This document shows positions 46,216 through 55,970 of a stretch of 64,000 bases of DNA, one piece after another. The number at the start of each line of letters is the position of its first letter. Positions within the stretch are counted from its first letter, which is position 1. Position numbers and translations under genes: made by a program. Source of the stretch: Escherichia phage KEP4; the sequence record PP047754; one strand, written 5' to 3'. The notes below the pieces were generated by a model that saw nothing but the letters and a program-made list of their open reading frames with translations, searched no databases and was not told the origin of the DNA.

Positions 46216-46761
46216 ATGAAACCGTTTATCGAATATTTTAAAGAACAAGCTCAACAACCGCAAACTCATGGCGGCATACAAGGCAAAAGTGTAACCATCA
46301 CCAAACAGGCCGACGGAACCCAATGGTGTACTGGTGCCACCGTGACCCAGATCACTCCAGATAATCAGGCCGACATCTATAATCTGGAATTGACTAATGG
46401 CAACACCATCAAAGTGAAGCTAACTCCAGACCAGACCCACGGCATTACCCAAGGCCAAGAAGTCGTTGCCGTCCATGATGGTTTTGAATTTTTCTTCGGC
46501 AAGTCAGCTGACAAAGGTCAGGTTACTGAAGCGGAAGGCTGGCGTTTCGTCGGTGACCGTGGCGCTCATATTCTGATGTATGACGCAAAAGTTGGCGGTG
46601 CCTCCACTATCCTTCGCAGTCCAACAGATCGAACCAAATTTGTTGGTGGTCTCATCAACGGTAGAAAAATTTTGGGTAATTCCCCAGAAGAACTGGCGGC
46701 AAAATTAGGTCTTCCAAAAATTCCTGATAATTTATTAAAATCGTTTTTTGGTAAAAAGTGA
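46216..46761 (+). CDS. hypothetical protein, 181 aa; candidate internal head protein
   Basis: N-terminus MKPFIEYFKE closely resembles the T4 internal-protein CTS MKTYQEFIAE; C-terminal LGLPKIPDNLLKSF motif shared with the 795-aa protein. Confidence 0.45.
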   Translation: MKPFIEYFKEQAQQPQTHGGIQGKSVTITKQADGTQWCTGATVTQITPDNQADIYNLELTNGNTIKVKLTPDQTHGITQGQEVVAVHDGFEFFFGKSADKGQVTEAEGWRFVGDRGAHILMYDAKVGGASTILRSPTDRTKFVGGLINGRKILGNSPEELAAKLGLPKIPDNLLKSFFGKK

Positions 46762-46773
46762 TTATAAAATACA

Positions 46774-46805
46774 ATCCCCCTAAATACAGGGGGATTTTCT
46801 TTTTA
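46774..46805 (+). terminator. rho-independent terminator
   Basis: atccccct-aaatac-agggggat hairpin followed by TTTCTTTTT. Confidence 0.55.
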
Positions 46806-46817
46806 GGGGTAAATATC

Positions 46818-47171
46818 ATGGTCAATGCGAGTATATTCATCAACCGTGGACTGCTTGCTATAGCCCACTCTCATGCCCTCCACTTCGTTACAACGTCCTA
46901 TGCCAAGCACAAGGCACTCGGGGAGTTCTACGGGGAACTGGAGGACTTGCTGGATACCTTTACGGAAGCGTATATTGGTGCGGGAGGTATATACATTCCA
47001 GGATTCGAGAACATCAAATTGTACAATCCTGAACCGATATCGTATATCAACAGCGTGGTCATCGACGTTAATGGGATCTACAATCAGTGTGATAGCCATT
47101 TACAAAACACGCTTGATGAAATCAAAACTTTGTGCTATCAAACGATTTACAAACTGAAGCAATTGTCCTAA
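46818..47171 (+). CDS. hypothetical protein, 117 aa
   Basis: ATG within ORF-track frame 46758. Confidence 0.4.
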   Translation: MVNASIFINRGLLAIAHSHALHFVTTSYAKHKALGEFYGELEDLLDTFTEAYIGAGGIYIPGFENIKLYNPEPISYINSVVIDVNGIYNQCDSHLQNTLDEIKTLCYQTIYKLKQLS

Positions 47172-47234
47172 CTCAATAGGATCATCGTCAGGTTATAATT
47201 TTGCCCATTCGTCATCAATAGGATACAGATAACA

Positions 47235-47852
47235 ATGGGCAAAATCTTTATACCTTCTCACTCAGAAGGTTGTCAAATCGCTGCAAAATTTCTACACAAA
47301 CAAATGAATTGTGGTGCTGTGTTCGTAGAACCAAATTCATTCGATAATCGTGAATCCCCTGACGCCATCGGGTTCAGACCTGGGGGTTGTTCTATATTAA
47401 TGGAAGTTAAAGTCTCCCGCGCCGACTTCCTGACAGACAAAAAGAAACCTCATCGCATGAATCCTTCCATAGGCATGGGAGCATATCGTTTCTATGTTTG
47501 CCCAGCAGATGTTATTAAAATTGAAGACCTCCCTCCCAAGTGGGGTTTGTTTTACTTCACCCCCAGAAAATCTTTGAAGCCCGTTCACGTTCCGAATATG
47601 CAATATTCCTCTTTGTCTTCACCGGAACATTATGCATCATATTTGTCTAAATCTTTGGGCAAAAGAAGACCTACAGATATCCCTCCTTATCTATTAGGGT
47701 ACAAACAGATGCTGGAAGAATTCGCCCACTTTGAACGCAATCAGGTTGCGGAACAAAATATTCTGTATGGGGCTTGGCGACAGCTTTGCATAGCTCAAAG
47801 TCGCGGGGTGGATTATAATGTGACAGAAGTGTTCCAGAGGCCAAATATCTAA
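47235..47852 (+). CDS. hypothetical protein, 205 aa (possible PD-(D/E)XK-like core)
   Basis: PDAIGF ... SILMEVKVS arrangement reminiscent of a D...E.K nuclease core; weak. Confidence 0.4.
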   Translation: MGKIFIPSHSEGCQIAAKFLHKQMNCGAVFVEPNSFDNRESPDAIGFRPGGCSILMEVKVSRADFLTDKKKPHRMNPSIGMGAYRFYVCPADVIKIEDLPPKWGLFYFTPRKSLKPVHVPNMQYSSLSSPEHYASYLSKSLGKRRPTDIPPYLLGYKQMLEEFAHFERNQVAEQNILYGAWRQLCIAQSRGVDYNVTEVFQRPNI

Positions 47853-48916
47853 TGAAATTCTTGGACGAACAATACATCAATTTTCTCGCCCCCCGACTTG
47901 ATAAATTCAGTTGGGAACGTGTTGGCGCTGTCGCCAAATTTCGTTGCCCATTATGTGGGGATTCTAAGAAGAGTGCCAACAAGCGTCGTGGTCACTTCTT
48001 TTATGATCGTGATGACGATGTGTTTCGTTTCAAGTGCCACAACTGTAATGAAATGAGCGGTTGGGCGTTTGAATTCTGGTTGAAGAAGTTTGACGAGCGT
48101 CTGTATAATGAATACAACCTTGAAAAATTCAGGATCATGGGGGATACCAGTTCCCGCCCGTTACAAAAACTCAAACCACTACAGCGCCTGACCCAGACAG
48201 CACGTATCGGTTCTCAGGTCGCCAAACGGGATGAAGAGCACCTTGGGAATATGATACGCCTTGATCTTCTTGACCGTGATCATATCGCCCGTCGTTATGT
48301 TGAAGGCAGGGGAATGCCGGAGAGCACGTTATCTTTGTTATATTACAGCAGGAATTTTCGTCAAGATCTTCTGAGTTTTGAAACGGATGTTGAGAAGCAA
48401 AAGAAGATACCCGAAGATGAGCGGCTGGTAATCCCATTCTGGACCCAAGACGGGCGCATGAAGATAGTTCAGGGGCGCGCATTCGGCGATAACCTTCCTG
48501 ATGGGGTATTACGGTATGCCACTGTCAAGCCTAAGAACGAAGACACTAAAATCTACGGGGAAGAGCGCATCATTTGGAACAAAACAAAGTTGGTAGTAGA
48601 AGGTCCAATTGATAGCTTGTTTCTACCCAATTGTCTTGCGACTGCCGATGCCGACTTATTAAGTGCTAAGGGGGATATCTATATCCCCGATAACCAATAC
48701 AGGAACAAACAAGTTTGTGACGGTATACAGAAGATGATAGACAGCGGAGTCAAAGTCGTTCTGTTTCCACCGGAAATACCGTGGAAGGATATCAATGATA
48801 TGGTTCGCCCCGACAAGGGAAATATCCCGATACGGGATCTGCTTCAGATCATAGCCAAGAACGTATATCAGGGACTGTCGGCGTCCTTACGATTTTCTGA
48901 CTTGAGGAAGATATGA
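47852..48916 (+). CDS. DNA primase gp61
   Basis: N-terminal zinc ribbon FRCPLCGDSKK ... FKCHNC and Toprim-like VVEGPIDSLFL. Confidence 0.65.
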   Translation: MKFLDEQYINFLAPRLDKFSWERVGAVAKFRCPLCGDSKKSANKRRGHFFYDRDDDVFRFKCHNCNEMSGWAFEFWLKKFDERLYNEYNLEKFRIMGDTSSRPLQKLKPLQRLTQTARIGSQVAKRDEEHLGNMIRLDLLDRDHIARRYVEGRGMPESTLSLLYYSRNFRQDLLSFETDVEKQKKIPEDERLVIPFWTQDGRMKIVQGRAFGDNLPDGVLRYATVKPKNEDTKIYGEERIIWNKTKLVVEGPIDSLFLPNCLATADADLLSAKGDIYIPDNQYRNKQVCDGIQKMIDSGVKVVLFPPEIPWKDINDMVRPDKGNIPIRDLLQIIAKNVYQGLSASLRFSDLRKI

Positions 48917-49122
48917 TGGATTTGAAAGAACTGAATAGTATGGACGATGAAGAGATTCTTCGCGGGTATATGCAAGCCCGTGAAGGATATGTCCTATCTG
49001 GTTTAGAATCTAAGAGTTTCATCCATGGTTGGAGGAACGGAATGGTGGACTTCGGCGGTTGTCCTATCACTGAAGAACAAATGAATTTGGCTCGCCAGTA
49101 TTTGAAAAAGAAGCCGACCTAA
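48913..49122 (+). CDS. hypothetical protein, 69 aa
   Basis: ATG overlapping primase stop (ATGATG). Confidence 0.4.
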   Translation: MMDLKELNSMDDEEILRGYMQAREGYVLSGLESKSFIHGWRNGMVDFGGCPITEEQMNLARQYLKKKPT

Positions 49123-49150
49123 AACTTTTTAACTCAAAAACCTTCTCTCT

Positions 49151-49321
49151 AGGCCTCATTCTACGAGGCCTTTTAAAATACTTCAAAAATAATTTAAAAA
49201 TTTATTGAAAAAGACTTTACTCTTCAATAATCATGCACTATTATAGTTCACATAGGGCGGTACACAACACCCCGCCGAATGAAAAGTGAAACGACCCAAC
49301 TACATTATGAGGAATTACATC
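49151..49321 (+). promoter_or_regulatory. terminator + early promoter cassette (PeSL-like), copy 4
   Basis: Hairpin aggcctc-attctac-gaggcct + TTTT, TTTACT (49216-49221) - 17 bp - TATTAT (49239-49244), leader aggaattacatc - ATG. Confidence 0.55.
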
Positions 49322-49810
49322 ATGGCTACTACCAAAACTCTGATCACCAACGGCACCATCTCTTTTGAACTGAACACCGAAGTTGCAAAAGTTGAAATGT
49401 TCCGCATCGCTCAGGCAGCTGGTTTCACTGGTGGCAAAACTTCCTTCATGAATCTGCTGAACGGCAAAGTGAAAGCGACCAACGGCTTCACCCTGGTAGA
49501 GCAGGTTGTCGTAGACAAAGCCGTGGTTGCCAAAACTGCTGACAAGGTTGGCATGCTGAAAGACCTGGGCCATGACATCCACGTTGTCGAAGCGAATACC
49601 GAAACTTACGGCACCATCGTAGTCGGTAAAGGTCGCATTCAGCTGAACCCGCTGAACAACGGAACCTTCTCCGTGATGGTATTCCCGAAAAAGGGTTATG
49701 ACAACAGTGATATCGTGAAAGCCGCTGGCGGTGAAGCGAAATCCCAGTATGTCAAAATGGGTAAACTGAGCGCCGACGCAGTAGAAACTCTGGTGAACAA
49801 ACTGGCTTAA
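49322..49810 (+). CDS. hypothetical protein, 162 aa, highly-expressed-type codon usage
   Basis: Cassette-driven; codon usage similar to gp23; followed by a strong terminator. Confidence 0.55.
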   Translation: MATTKTLITNGTISFELNTEVAKVEMFRIAQAAGFTGGKTSFMNLLNGKVKATNGFTLVEQVVVDKAVVAKTADKVGMLKDLGHDIHVVEANTETYGTIVVGKGRIQLNPLNNGTFSVMVFPKKGYDNSDIVKAAGGEAKSQYVKMGKLSADAVETLVNKLA

Positions 49811-49815
49811 CCGCA

Positions 49816-49836
49816 AGGGGGAAACCTCCCCCTTTC
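49816..49836 (+). terminator. rho-independent terminator
   Basis: aggggga-aacc-tccccct hairpin followed by TTC. Confidence 0.55.
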
Positions 49837-49860
49837 AAAGTTTTGGTAGGAGAATGAGAC

Positions 49861-50049
49861 ATGAGTAGAGCAATTATCCAAGCCTCTCCTGGCGCTCTAT
49901 GGGTTGCCGACCGAATTCCCAACGCGCACTTTCCTCAGTTCCAAGAGGAACTGGAACAAACGATGTTGAAAATATTTGAAAAATATGGGTATGATTCCGA
50001 AGTTAGGACTTCCTTCAAAGAAATCATGCCTGTCGTCGTAGTCAGATAA
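49861..50049 (+). CDS. hypothetical protein, 62 aa
   Basis: Short ORF with GGAGAATGAG upstream. Confidence 0.3.
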   Translation: MSRAIIQASPGALWVADRIPNAHFPQFQEELEQTMLKIFEKYGYDSEVRTSFKEIMPVVVVR

Positions 50050-50118
50050 TCGACACTAAATCCTCAAGTTCGACTTTCACTTTAAATACCTTCGCATACA
50101 TTGCGGAGGTATTTTCTT

Positions 50119-50913
50119 ATGGCCATTCTAAAACTTGGCAACCGAGGTTCTGAAGTCAAAGCACTTCAACAAAGCCTCAACAAAATCGGTTTCTCCCTTA
50201 CAGCCGATGGCATATTTGGTAAAGCAACAGAGAATGCAGTCAAATCCGTTCAGGCAGGTGCTGGATTGGTTATTGATGGTATTGCTGGGCCAAAGACCTT
50301 CTATGCTATCCGCAACGCTGGAGACGCTCACCAGGAACATCTGACCGAAGCGGACTTGGTTGACGCAGCACGTGAACTTGGTGTTGAGCTGGCCAGTATG
50401 AAAGCTGTGAATCAGGTAGAATCCCGTGGCACGGGTTTTACCAAAACTGGCAAGATCAAAACTCTGTTTGAGCGCCACATCATGTACAAAAAGGTGACGG
50501 CCAAATTCGGGCAAGCAAGAGCCAATGCTCTGTACCAACTCTACCCAACATTGGTTAACCCCAATTCTGGCGGGTATATCGGCGGAGACGCGGAGTTGGA
50601 ACGCCTTCAGGGTGCAATCGCCCTTGACGAGGACTGCGCTTACGAGAGTGCTTCCTACGGCCTATTCCAGATCATGGGGTTCAACTGCCAAATCTGTGGA
50701 TATCCAAATGCCAAAGAGATGTTCACTGATTTCCTGACTGGTGAACGCGCTCATCTTCTGGCATTTGTCAAGTTCATCAAGGCTGATGCCAATATGTGGA
50801 AAGCCCTGAAGAACAAGAATTGGGCCGAGTTTGCTCGTCGGTACAATGGTCCGGCATATGCGAAAAACCAGTATGATACTAAACTGGCGGCAGCATACAA
50901 GAGTTTCTGCTAA
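50119..50913 (+). CDS. endolysin: N-terminal peptidoglycan-binding domain + C-terminal muramidase-like domain
   Basis: GGAGG RBS; LKLGNRGSEVKALQQSLNKIGF ... DGIFGKATENAVKSVQ (PG_binding_1-like); C-terminal YGLFQIMGFN ... WAEFARRYNGP. Confidence 0.7.
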   Translation: MAILKLGNRGSEVKALQQSLNKIGFSLTADGIFGKATENAVKSVQAGAGLVIDGIAGPKTFYAIRNAGDAHQEHLTEADLVDAARELGVELASMKAVNQVESRGTGFTKTGKIKTLFERHIMYKKVTAKFGQARANALYQLYPTLVNPNSGGYIGGDAELERLQGAIALDEDCAYESASYGLFQIMGFNCQICGYPNAKEMFTDFLTGERAHLLAFVKFIKADANMWKALKNKNWAEFARRYNGPAYAKNQYDTKLAAAYKSFC

Positions 50914-50918
50914 TTCTC

Positions 50919-50944
50919 AAGGCCGGAAACGGCCTTTTTCTTTA
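50919..50944 (+). terminator. rho-independent terminator after endolysin
   Basis: ggccg-gaaa-cggcc hairpin followed by TTTTTCTTT. Confidence 0.6.
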
Positions 50945-51020
50945 TCTGATATACAGGTATGCTGGGCGTGTCGCTTAATTAAAGGTGTCGACAACCCCTG
51001 TAGATATAGGAAGGTTCAAC

Positions 51021-51860
51021 ATGCAATCTGCGTCTAAAGTTGTATCCATGAAGCCAGCGAAGACAAAATCTGCTCGTAAGAAAGACACCATCCAGAAGGA
51101 AGAAGACTGGATGAAGTTTTCCAAAGGCGATTTCAAAATTGCTCCGTTCAATGGCCTCTCAGAAAATCAGAACCTCGCATATCAATCCGCACTCAATGAA
51201 CATCTCACTATCGCTATCGGTCCGGCAGGTACAGGCAAATCCTATTGTGGTGCGTCCGCTGCTGCCAAGCATCTGATTGACAAAACAATCAACAAGATCA
51301 TCATCACACGTTCTCCCCTTCCAACTGGCACCACAGCGGGGTTCCGGCCTGGTGACACATATGAAAAACTGATGCCTTATTTGATGCCGCTCATACAGAC
51401 ATTCAAAAAGGTTCTCAAAACAGATACGGGTTCCGACGGTTTCTTCAACTATCTGTGGGAGAAACGCATCATAGAAATTCAAGACCTTGAAACTGTAAAA
51501 GGGATGACTTTCGATGATTGTTTCCTGATTATCGAAGAGGCGCAGGAATGCGATATGGAGCAGCTGAAAAACTTGTTGACTCGTGCTTCAGATTCTTCGT
51601 ACATCTTCGTAAATGGAGATATCAAACAGTCTAACAAGCGACTGCGTGATAGTGCGTTACAGACGTATGTGGATTCCTTTAAAGACTTCAACAACAAGCT
51701 GGAAACAGGTTCCTTGCAAATTGACGGTGTAGAAATCGGGGATGAATATCCAGAGTGGGTTCAACCATTCAGCATCATCGAATTCGATAAGTCTGATCGT
51801 AATGGTCGCGGCAACTTCACCCGCCTGATGTTAGAAATTAACGACCTGTACAACATTTAA
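51021..51860 (+). CDS. phoH: PhoH-like ATPase
   Basis: Walker A GPAGTGKS, Walker B-like FLIIEEAQ, overall PhoH architecture. Confidence 0.8.
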   Translation: MQSASKVVSMKPAKTKSARKKDTIQKEEDWMKFSKGDFKIAPFNGLSENQNLAYQSALNEHLTIAIGPAGTGKSYCGASAAAKHLIDKTINKIIITRSPLPTGTTAGFRPGDTYEKLMPYLMPLIQTFKKVLKTDTGSDGFFNYLWEKRIIEIQDLETVKGMTFDDCFLIIEEAQECDMEQLKNLLTRASDSSYIFVNGDIKQSNKRLRDSALQTYVDSFKDFNNKLETGSLQIDGVEIGDEYPEWVQPFSIIEFDKSDRNGRGNFTRLMLEINDLYNI

Positions 51861-51944
51861 ATACCACACGAACTTCCCCGCCGCCTTCAATCCATGGAGG
51901 CGGTGTATAATAACAGCCTGCATAAACACAAACCGAGGATCGCT

Positions 51945-54221
51945 ATGATTAACATCATAAAGCGGGACGGATCTTCTGTCCCCTTTGACATTGAAAAACT
52001 CCATACCGTTATTGAACGAGCATGTGACGGCCTTGAAGGAGTATCAGTGTCTGAGGTGGAAGCTGCATCGAAGATTCAATTCACCGATAACATGAAAACC
52101 GAACGCATTCAGGATATCATTATCCAAGCTGCGGCCACCTTAATTTCTGTTGATAAACCCAATTATCAATATGTTGCTGCCCGCCTGAAGTCGTATGACC
52201 TGCGCAAGGTTGTCTATGGTCAGTACAAACCACCTCATTTGCTGGATATCTTTGCAAAGAACACCAAGCTGGGTGTTTATGACCGCGAATTCCTCGAACT
52301 TTACTCTAAAGAAGAATTCGAAGAACTTAACACAGTCATCAACCACAAACGCGACAAGAATTTCACTTGGGCAGCAATGGGCCAGCTGACTCAAAAATAT
52401 CTTTTGCGTGATCGTTCTTCTGACAGCAAAGTGTATTATGAAACCCCTCAAGTCATGTACATGGCAATCGCTATGGCATTATTCTCAGCGTGGGATAAAG
52501 AAAGCAGACTGACAATGGTGAAGAAGTTCTATGAATACGCCAGTACAGGCAAATTCAGTCTTCCAACACCTATTATGTCCGGCGTCCGCACCCCGACCCG
52601 ACAGTTCAGCTCTTGTGTATTGATCAAAACTGGTGATACATTGGACTCAATTAATGCCACTGCGAAAAGCATCGTGGATTATGTTTCCAAACGTGCTGGC
52701 ATCGGATTCGATGTTGGAGCAATTCGTGGCATCGGTAGCCCTATCCGTAAAGGGGAAATGGTCCATACAGGTCTGGTTCCATTCATCAAGTATTTGACTG
52801 GTGCCCTGAAGTCTTGCTCTCAAGGCGGTATCCGTGGTGGATCGGCAACATGCTATGTTCCCATCTGGCATTATCAATTTGATGATGTCGTTGTTCTCAA
52901 AAACAACCGTGGATTGGAAGAGAACCGTGAACGCCGTATCGACTATGGGATTCAGATTAACCGCGTCATGTTCGAGCGCCTGGTGAACAAACAGCCTCTA
53001 TACCTGTTTGATCCAAAAGACAACCGCGAAATGTATGAAGCATTTTTCGCAGACGTCAATAAATTCCGCGAAATGTACGACAATATGATCAAGGCCGCCG
53101 ACGCCGGATTATGTCGTTCCAAAAAGCTGCAAGCTGAAGAAGTGTTCCAAATGCTACTAGACCAGCGTTCTGACACTGGCCGGATCTACATCGCATTCGT
53201 TGATCACATGAACGAGTATAGTCCGTTCAATTTGGACACGATTTATAGCTCTAATCTATGTTTAGAAATCGCGCTCCCGACTCGTGAGTTCCAACAGTAT
53301 GATGATGAAGATGGTCGCATTGCCCTGTGTACACTCGCATCATTTAACCTGACGGCATTTGAAGATCCAACAGAAATGGAAGATGTTGCTTTCGTTCTGG
53401 TTTCAGCTTTGGATATGTTGTTGGAATATCAGGACTACCCAGCTCGCCAAGCCCGTTTGGCCGTAGAAGAATATCGTCCTCTGGGTATCGGTATCGTCAA
53501 CGTCGCACATTTCCTGGCCAAGAATTTCACGGGTTATGGATCGCCTATCGGATTAGAACTTCTAGACAAGTGGATGGCGCATCTTCATTTCTACTTGGTC
53601 AAAGCGTCCAACCGTCTGGCCATGCGTTTCGGATCTTGTAAGAAGTCAACTATCCATGATTCCGGATTTGTAACAGCCGACCTTCAGCCTCTCCCGCTGG
53701 ACATCCTACCCAATGGCAAAAAGCCTGTTGGGCAAGCCTATGGTCTTGACTGGGAAGGTCTTAAGCAGAACCTATCCGAGTATGGGATCCGTAACGCCAC
53801 GTTGTTAGCCGTAGCACCAACTGAAAGCTCCTCTCAGGTGCTGAACGCAACGAACGGTATAGAGCCACCAAAAGGTCTCATCAGCATCAAAGGCAGCAAG
53901 GATGGCGTCTACAAGCAGATCGTTCCGGACGTTGAAACCCTTGGTCCTCTATATGACCTGAAATGGAATCTGGATTGTATTGAATACCTGAAGACGGCTG
54001 CGGTCATACAACGTTGGGTAGATCAATCTATCAGTACCAACACATGGTATGACCCAGAGAAATATCCAGAAGGCAAGATCCCGCGCTCTCTTATGATGCA
54101 GGATATTCTGTCTTTCTACATGTGGGGTGGTAAAACTCTGTATTACAACACCAACAAAGACTCCAAGGAAGATGAAGAGTTGAAACAAGTTGAAGAAATT
54201 TGTGATACCTGTGTTGTTTGA
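51945..54221 (+). CDS. nrdA: ribonucleotide reductase class Ia large subunit NrdA
   Basis: N-terminal ATP-cone MINIIKRDGSSVPFDIEKL; about 758 aa; GAGGA RBS before 51945 (in-frame ATG at 51894 has no RBS). Confidence 0.9.
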   Translation: MINIIKRDGSSVPFDIEKLHTVIERACDGLEGVSVSEVEAASKIQFTDNMKTERIQDIIIQAAATLISVDKPNYQYVAARLKSYDLRKVVYGQYKPPHLLDIFAKNTKLGVYDREFLELYSKEEFEELNTVINHKRDKNFTWAAMGQLTQKYLLRDRSSDSKVYYETPQVMYMAIAMALFSAWDKESRLTMVKKFYEYASTGKFSLPTPIMSGVRTPTRQFSSCVLIKTGDTLDSINATAKSIVDYVSKRAGIGFDVGAIRGIGSPIRKGEMVHTGLVPFIKYLTGALKSCSQGGIRGGSATCYVPIWHYQFDDVVVLKNNRGLEENRERRIDYGIQINRVMFERLVNKQPLYLFDPKDNREMYEAFFADVNKFREMYDNMIKAADAGLCRSKKLQAEEVFQMLLDQRSDTGRIYIAFVDHMNEYSPFNLDTIYSSNLCLEIALPTREFQQYDDEDGRIALCTLASFNLTAFEDPTEMEDVAFVLVSALDMLLEYQDYPARQARLAVEEYRPLGIGIVNVAHFLAKNFTGYGSPIGLELLDKWMAHLHFYLVKASNRLAMRFGSCKKSTIHDSGFVTADLQPLPLDILPNGKKPVGQAYGLDWEGLKQNLSEYGIRNATLLAVAPTESSSQVLNATNGIEPPKGLISIKGSKDGVYKQIVPDVETLGPLYDLKWNLDCIEYLKTAAVIQRWVDQSISTNTWYDPEKYPEGKIPRSLMMQDILSFYMWGGKTLYYNTNKDSKEDEELKQVEEICDTCVV

Positions 54222-54291
54222 TTAGGTCTATACAACACAAACGTTTAATATCAGGGGTGATTCGTCACCCCTTATTCATCAGGAAAGAAAC

Positions 54292-55395
54292 ATGAACGAA
54301 CAAAAGCAATTTTCAGTATTTGACCCATCTTCAGATAATACAGGACTGCCGTTCTTTGGCGACCCTGTGAGCATTCAGCGCTATGACATCGTGGCATGGC
54401 CTTTTGTACAGAAGTGGTATGAGAAAGGTCTCAGCCAGTTCTGGCGTCCGGAAGAAGTGGATGTCACCAAAGACAAAGCAGACTTTGCCACTCTATCCGC
54501 TGCGGAACAACACATCTACTTCAGCAACCTGAAACGCCAAACCATGCTGGACTCTATTCAGGGCGCTGCTCCGTTCGAAGCGTTTGGCCCATGGGCATCA
54601 ACTCCGGAAATCCAATTTGCTATTCTGGAGTGGACGCGCCAAGAAGCCATCCACTCACTATCTTACACGCATATCCTTCGTAACACAGTGAATGATCCTG
54701 GTATCGTTTTTGACCATGTTCTGGACGTTCAGGAGATCGTCGATTGCGCCGGACAGATCAGCGTGTACTACGACGACATGGTGCGTTACAGCGGGATGCG
54801 TATGGCTGGACGCGCGTTCACCCGTGAAGACATCATGAACGCCAAGCGTGCATTCTGGCGTGCTCTGTTTGCTGCTAACTCCCTCGAAGGCGTTCGTTTC
54901 TATGTTTCATTTGCGTGTTCTTGGGCATTCATGCAATTCCTCAACAAAATGGAAGGCAACGCTAAAATCATCCGTCAGATTGCTCGTGATGAGCAAGATC
55001 ACCTCATCCTGACCCAGACTTTCCTGAACCGTCTGCCGCTGTTGGACCCTGATTTTGCCATTATTAGAGAAGAACTGCGCGGCGAAATGACCCAGATGTA
55101 TGTCGACGTTGTCAACCAAGAAAAAGAATGGGCGAATTATCTGTTCAAAGACGGCTCAATGCTGGGACTGAATGCCAATATCCTTCATCAAATGGTGGAC
55201 TGGTTGGCAACACATCGTATGGGGGCTATTGGCCACCCATACCCAGGACAAGCCCGTAAAGACAATCCGGTGCCATGGATAAATGAGTGGCTAGATAATA
55301 AAACAATGCAATATGCATTACAGGAAGCGGAAGCTCCTGATTATCTGACTGGTGTCCTTACTGGATCAGTCTCCGACGGTCTGAAATTTGCCTAA
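54292..55395 (+). CDS. nrdB: ribonucleotide reductase small subunit NrdB
   Basis: 367 aa; di-iron ligand motif EAIHSLSYTHI; directly downstream of nrdA. Confidence 0.9.
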   Translation: MNEQKQFSVFDPSSDNTGLPFFGDPVSIQRYDIVAWPFVQKWYEKGLSQFWRPEEVDVTKDKADFATLSAAEQHIYFSNLKRQTMLDSIQGAAPFEAFGPWASTPEIQFAILEWTRQEAIHSLSYTHILRNTVNDPGIVFDHVLDVQEIVDCAGQISVYYDDMVRYSGMRMAGRAFTREDIMNAKRAFWRALFAANSLEGVRFYVSFACSWAFMQFLNKMEGNAKIIRQIARDEQDHLILTQTFLNRLPLLDPDFAIIREELRGEMTQMYVDVVNQEKEWANYLFKDGSMLGLNANILHQMVDWLATHRMGAIGHPYPGQARKDNPVPWINEWLDNKTMQYALQEAEAPDYLTGVLTGSVSDGLKFA

Positions 55396-55404
55396 AGGTG
55401 AGAA

Positions 55405-55629
55405 ATGATTACGATTTATTCCAAACAAGGTTGTGCGCAATGTTTACAAGCTGAAAACATCTGTCGCATTCGCGGTATTGAACACCAAATTCTGAAGCTA
55501 GACAAAGACTACAAGCTGGAAGAATTACAGAAAATCACTGGTAAGCAACGCATGTCTATGCCCGTGATTGTTCTGGCTGACCAAACCGTGACCGACGTTA
55601 CTGGACTCGCCGCAAGTTTGAAACGCTGA
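55405..55629 (+). CDS. glutaredoxin/NrdH-like redoxin, 74 aa
   Basis: MITIYSKQGCAQC CxxC active site; adjacent to nrdAB. Confidence 0.6.
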   Translation: MITIYSKQGCAQCLQAENICRIRGIEHQILKLDKDYKLEELQKITGKQRMSMPVIVLADQTVTDVTGLAASLKR

Positions 55630-55637
55630 TCTTTCAA

Positions 55638-55735
55638 AGCCCCTCAATGAGGGGCTTTACTTTTGAAACCTTTCCGCCTATACTTCCCAGTAATTCATTG
55701 GCAAACGCCACAAATTGAATAGCAGGAACTATATC
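55638..55735 (+). promoter_or_regulatory. early promoter + stem-loop cassette (PeSL-like), copy 5
   Basis: Hairpin agcccctc-aat-gaggggct, TTTACT (55656-55661) - 17 bp - TATACT (55679-55684), leader aggaactatatc - ATG. Confidence 0.6.
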
Positions 55736-55969
55736 ATGACCAACTCTGAAATATATCATGCTTCTATGCATTATCACGACCTACGCGCCCGTCCAGGACA
55801 CGCCAAACAAAAAGCATTCTGGGTGGCAGAACTCAGATTACGCCGTGCTGTCGTTAACCACCAAATAATCATGAATCGGAAAAACGACAAATCACCGTTG
55901 TTGGCAGATTCTTATCTTGAACTCCGCACAGCCTATGAACAAGCCAAACAGCACGTAATAGGAGCATAA
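55736..55969 (+). CDS. hypothetical protein, 77 aa (cassette-driven)
   Basis: ATG directly after the conserved leader. Confidence 0.45.
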   Translation: MTNSEIYHASMHYHDLRARPGHAKQKAFWVAELRLRRAVVNHQIIMNRKNDKSPLLADSYLELRTAYEQAKQHVIGA

Positions 55970-55970
55970 T

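Noticed and set aside
45640-46323. 227-aa reverse-strand ORF overlapping the 3' end of the 795-aa gene and the start of the next gene
   Set aside because: Spans an intergenic terminator hairpin and two forward genes; no RBS on the - strand.
49241-49816. 191-aa reverse-strand ORF antisense to the abundant 162-aa gene
   Set aside because: The forward gene has promoter, conserved leader and terminator; the reverse frame has none.
51894-51944. Upstream in-frame ATG that would extend NrdA by 17 aa
   Set aside because: No Shine-Dalgarno sequence before 51894, whereas GAGGA precedes 51945, and the ATP-cone begins right at the 51945 start.
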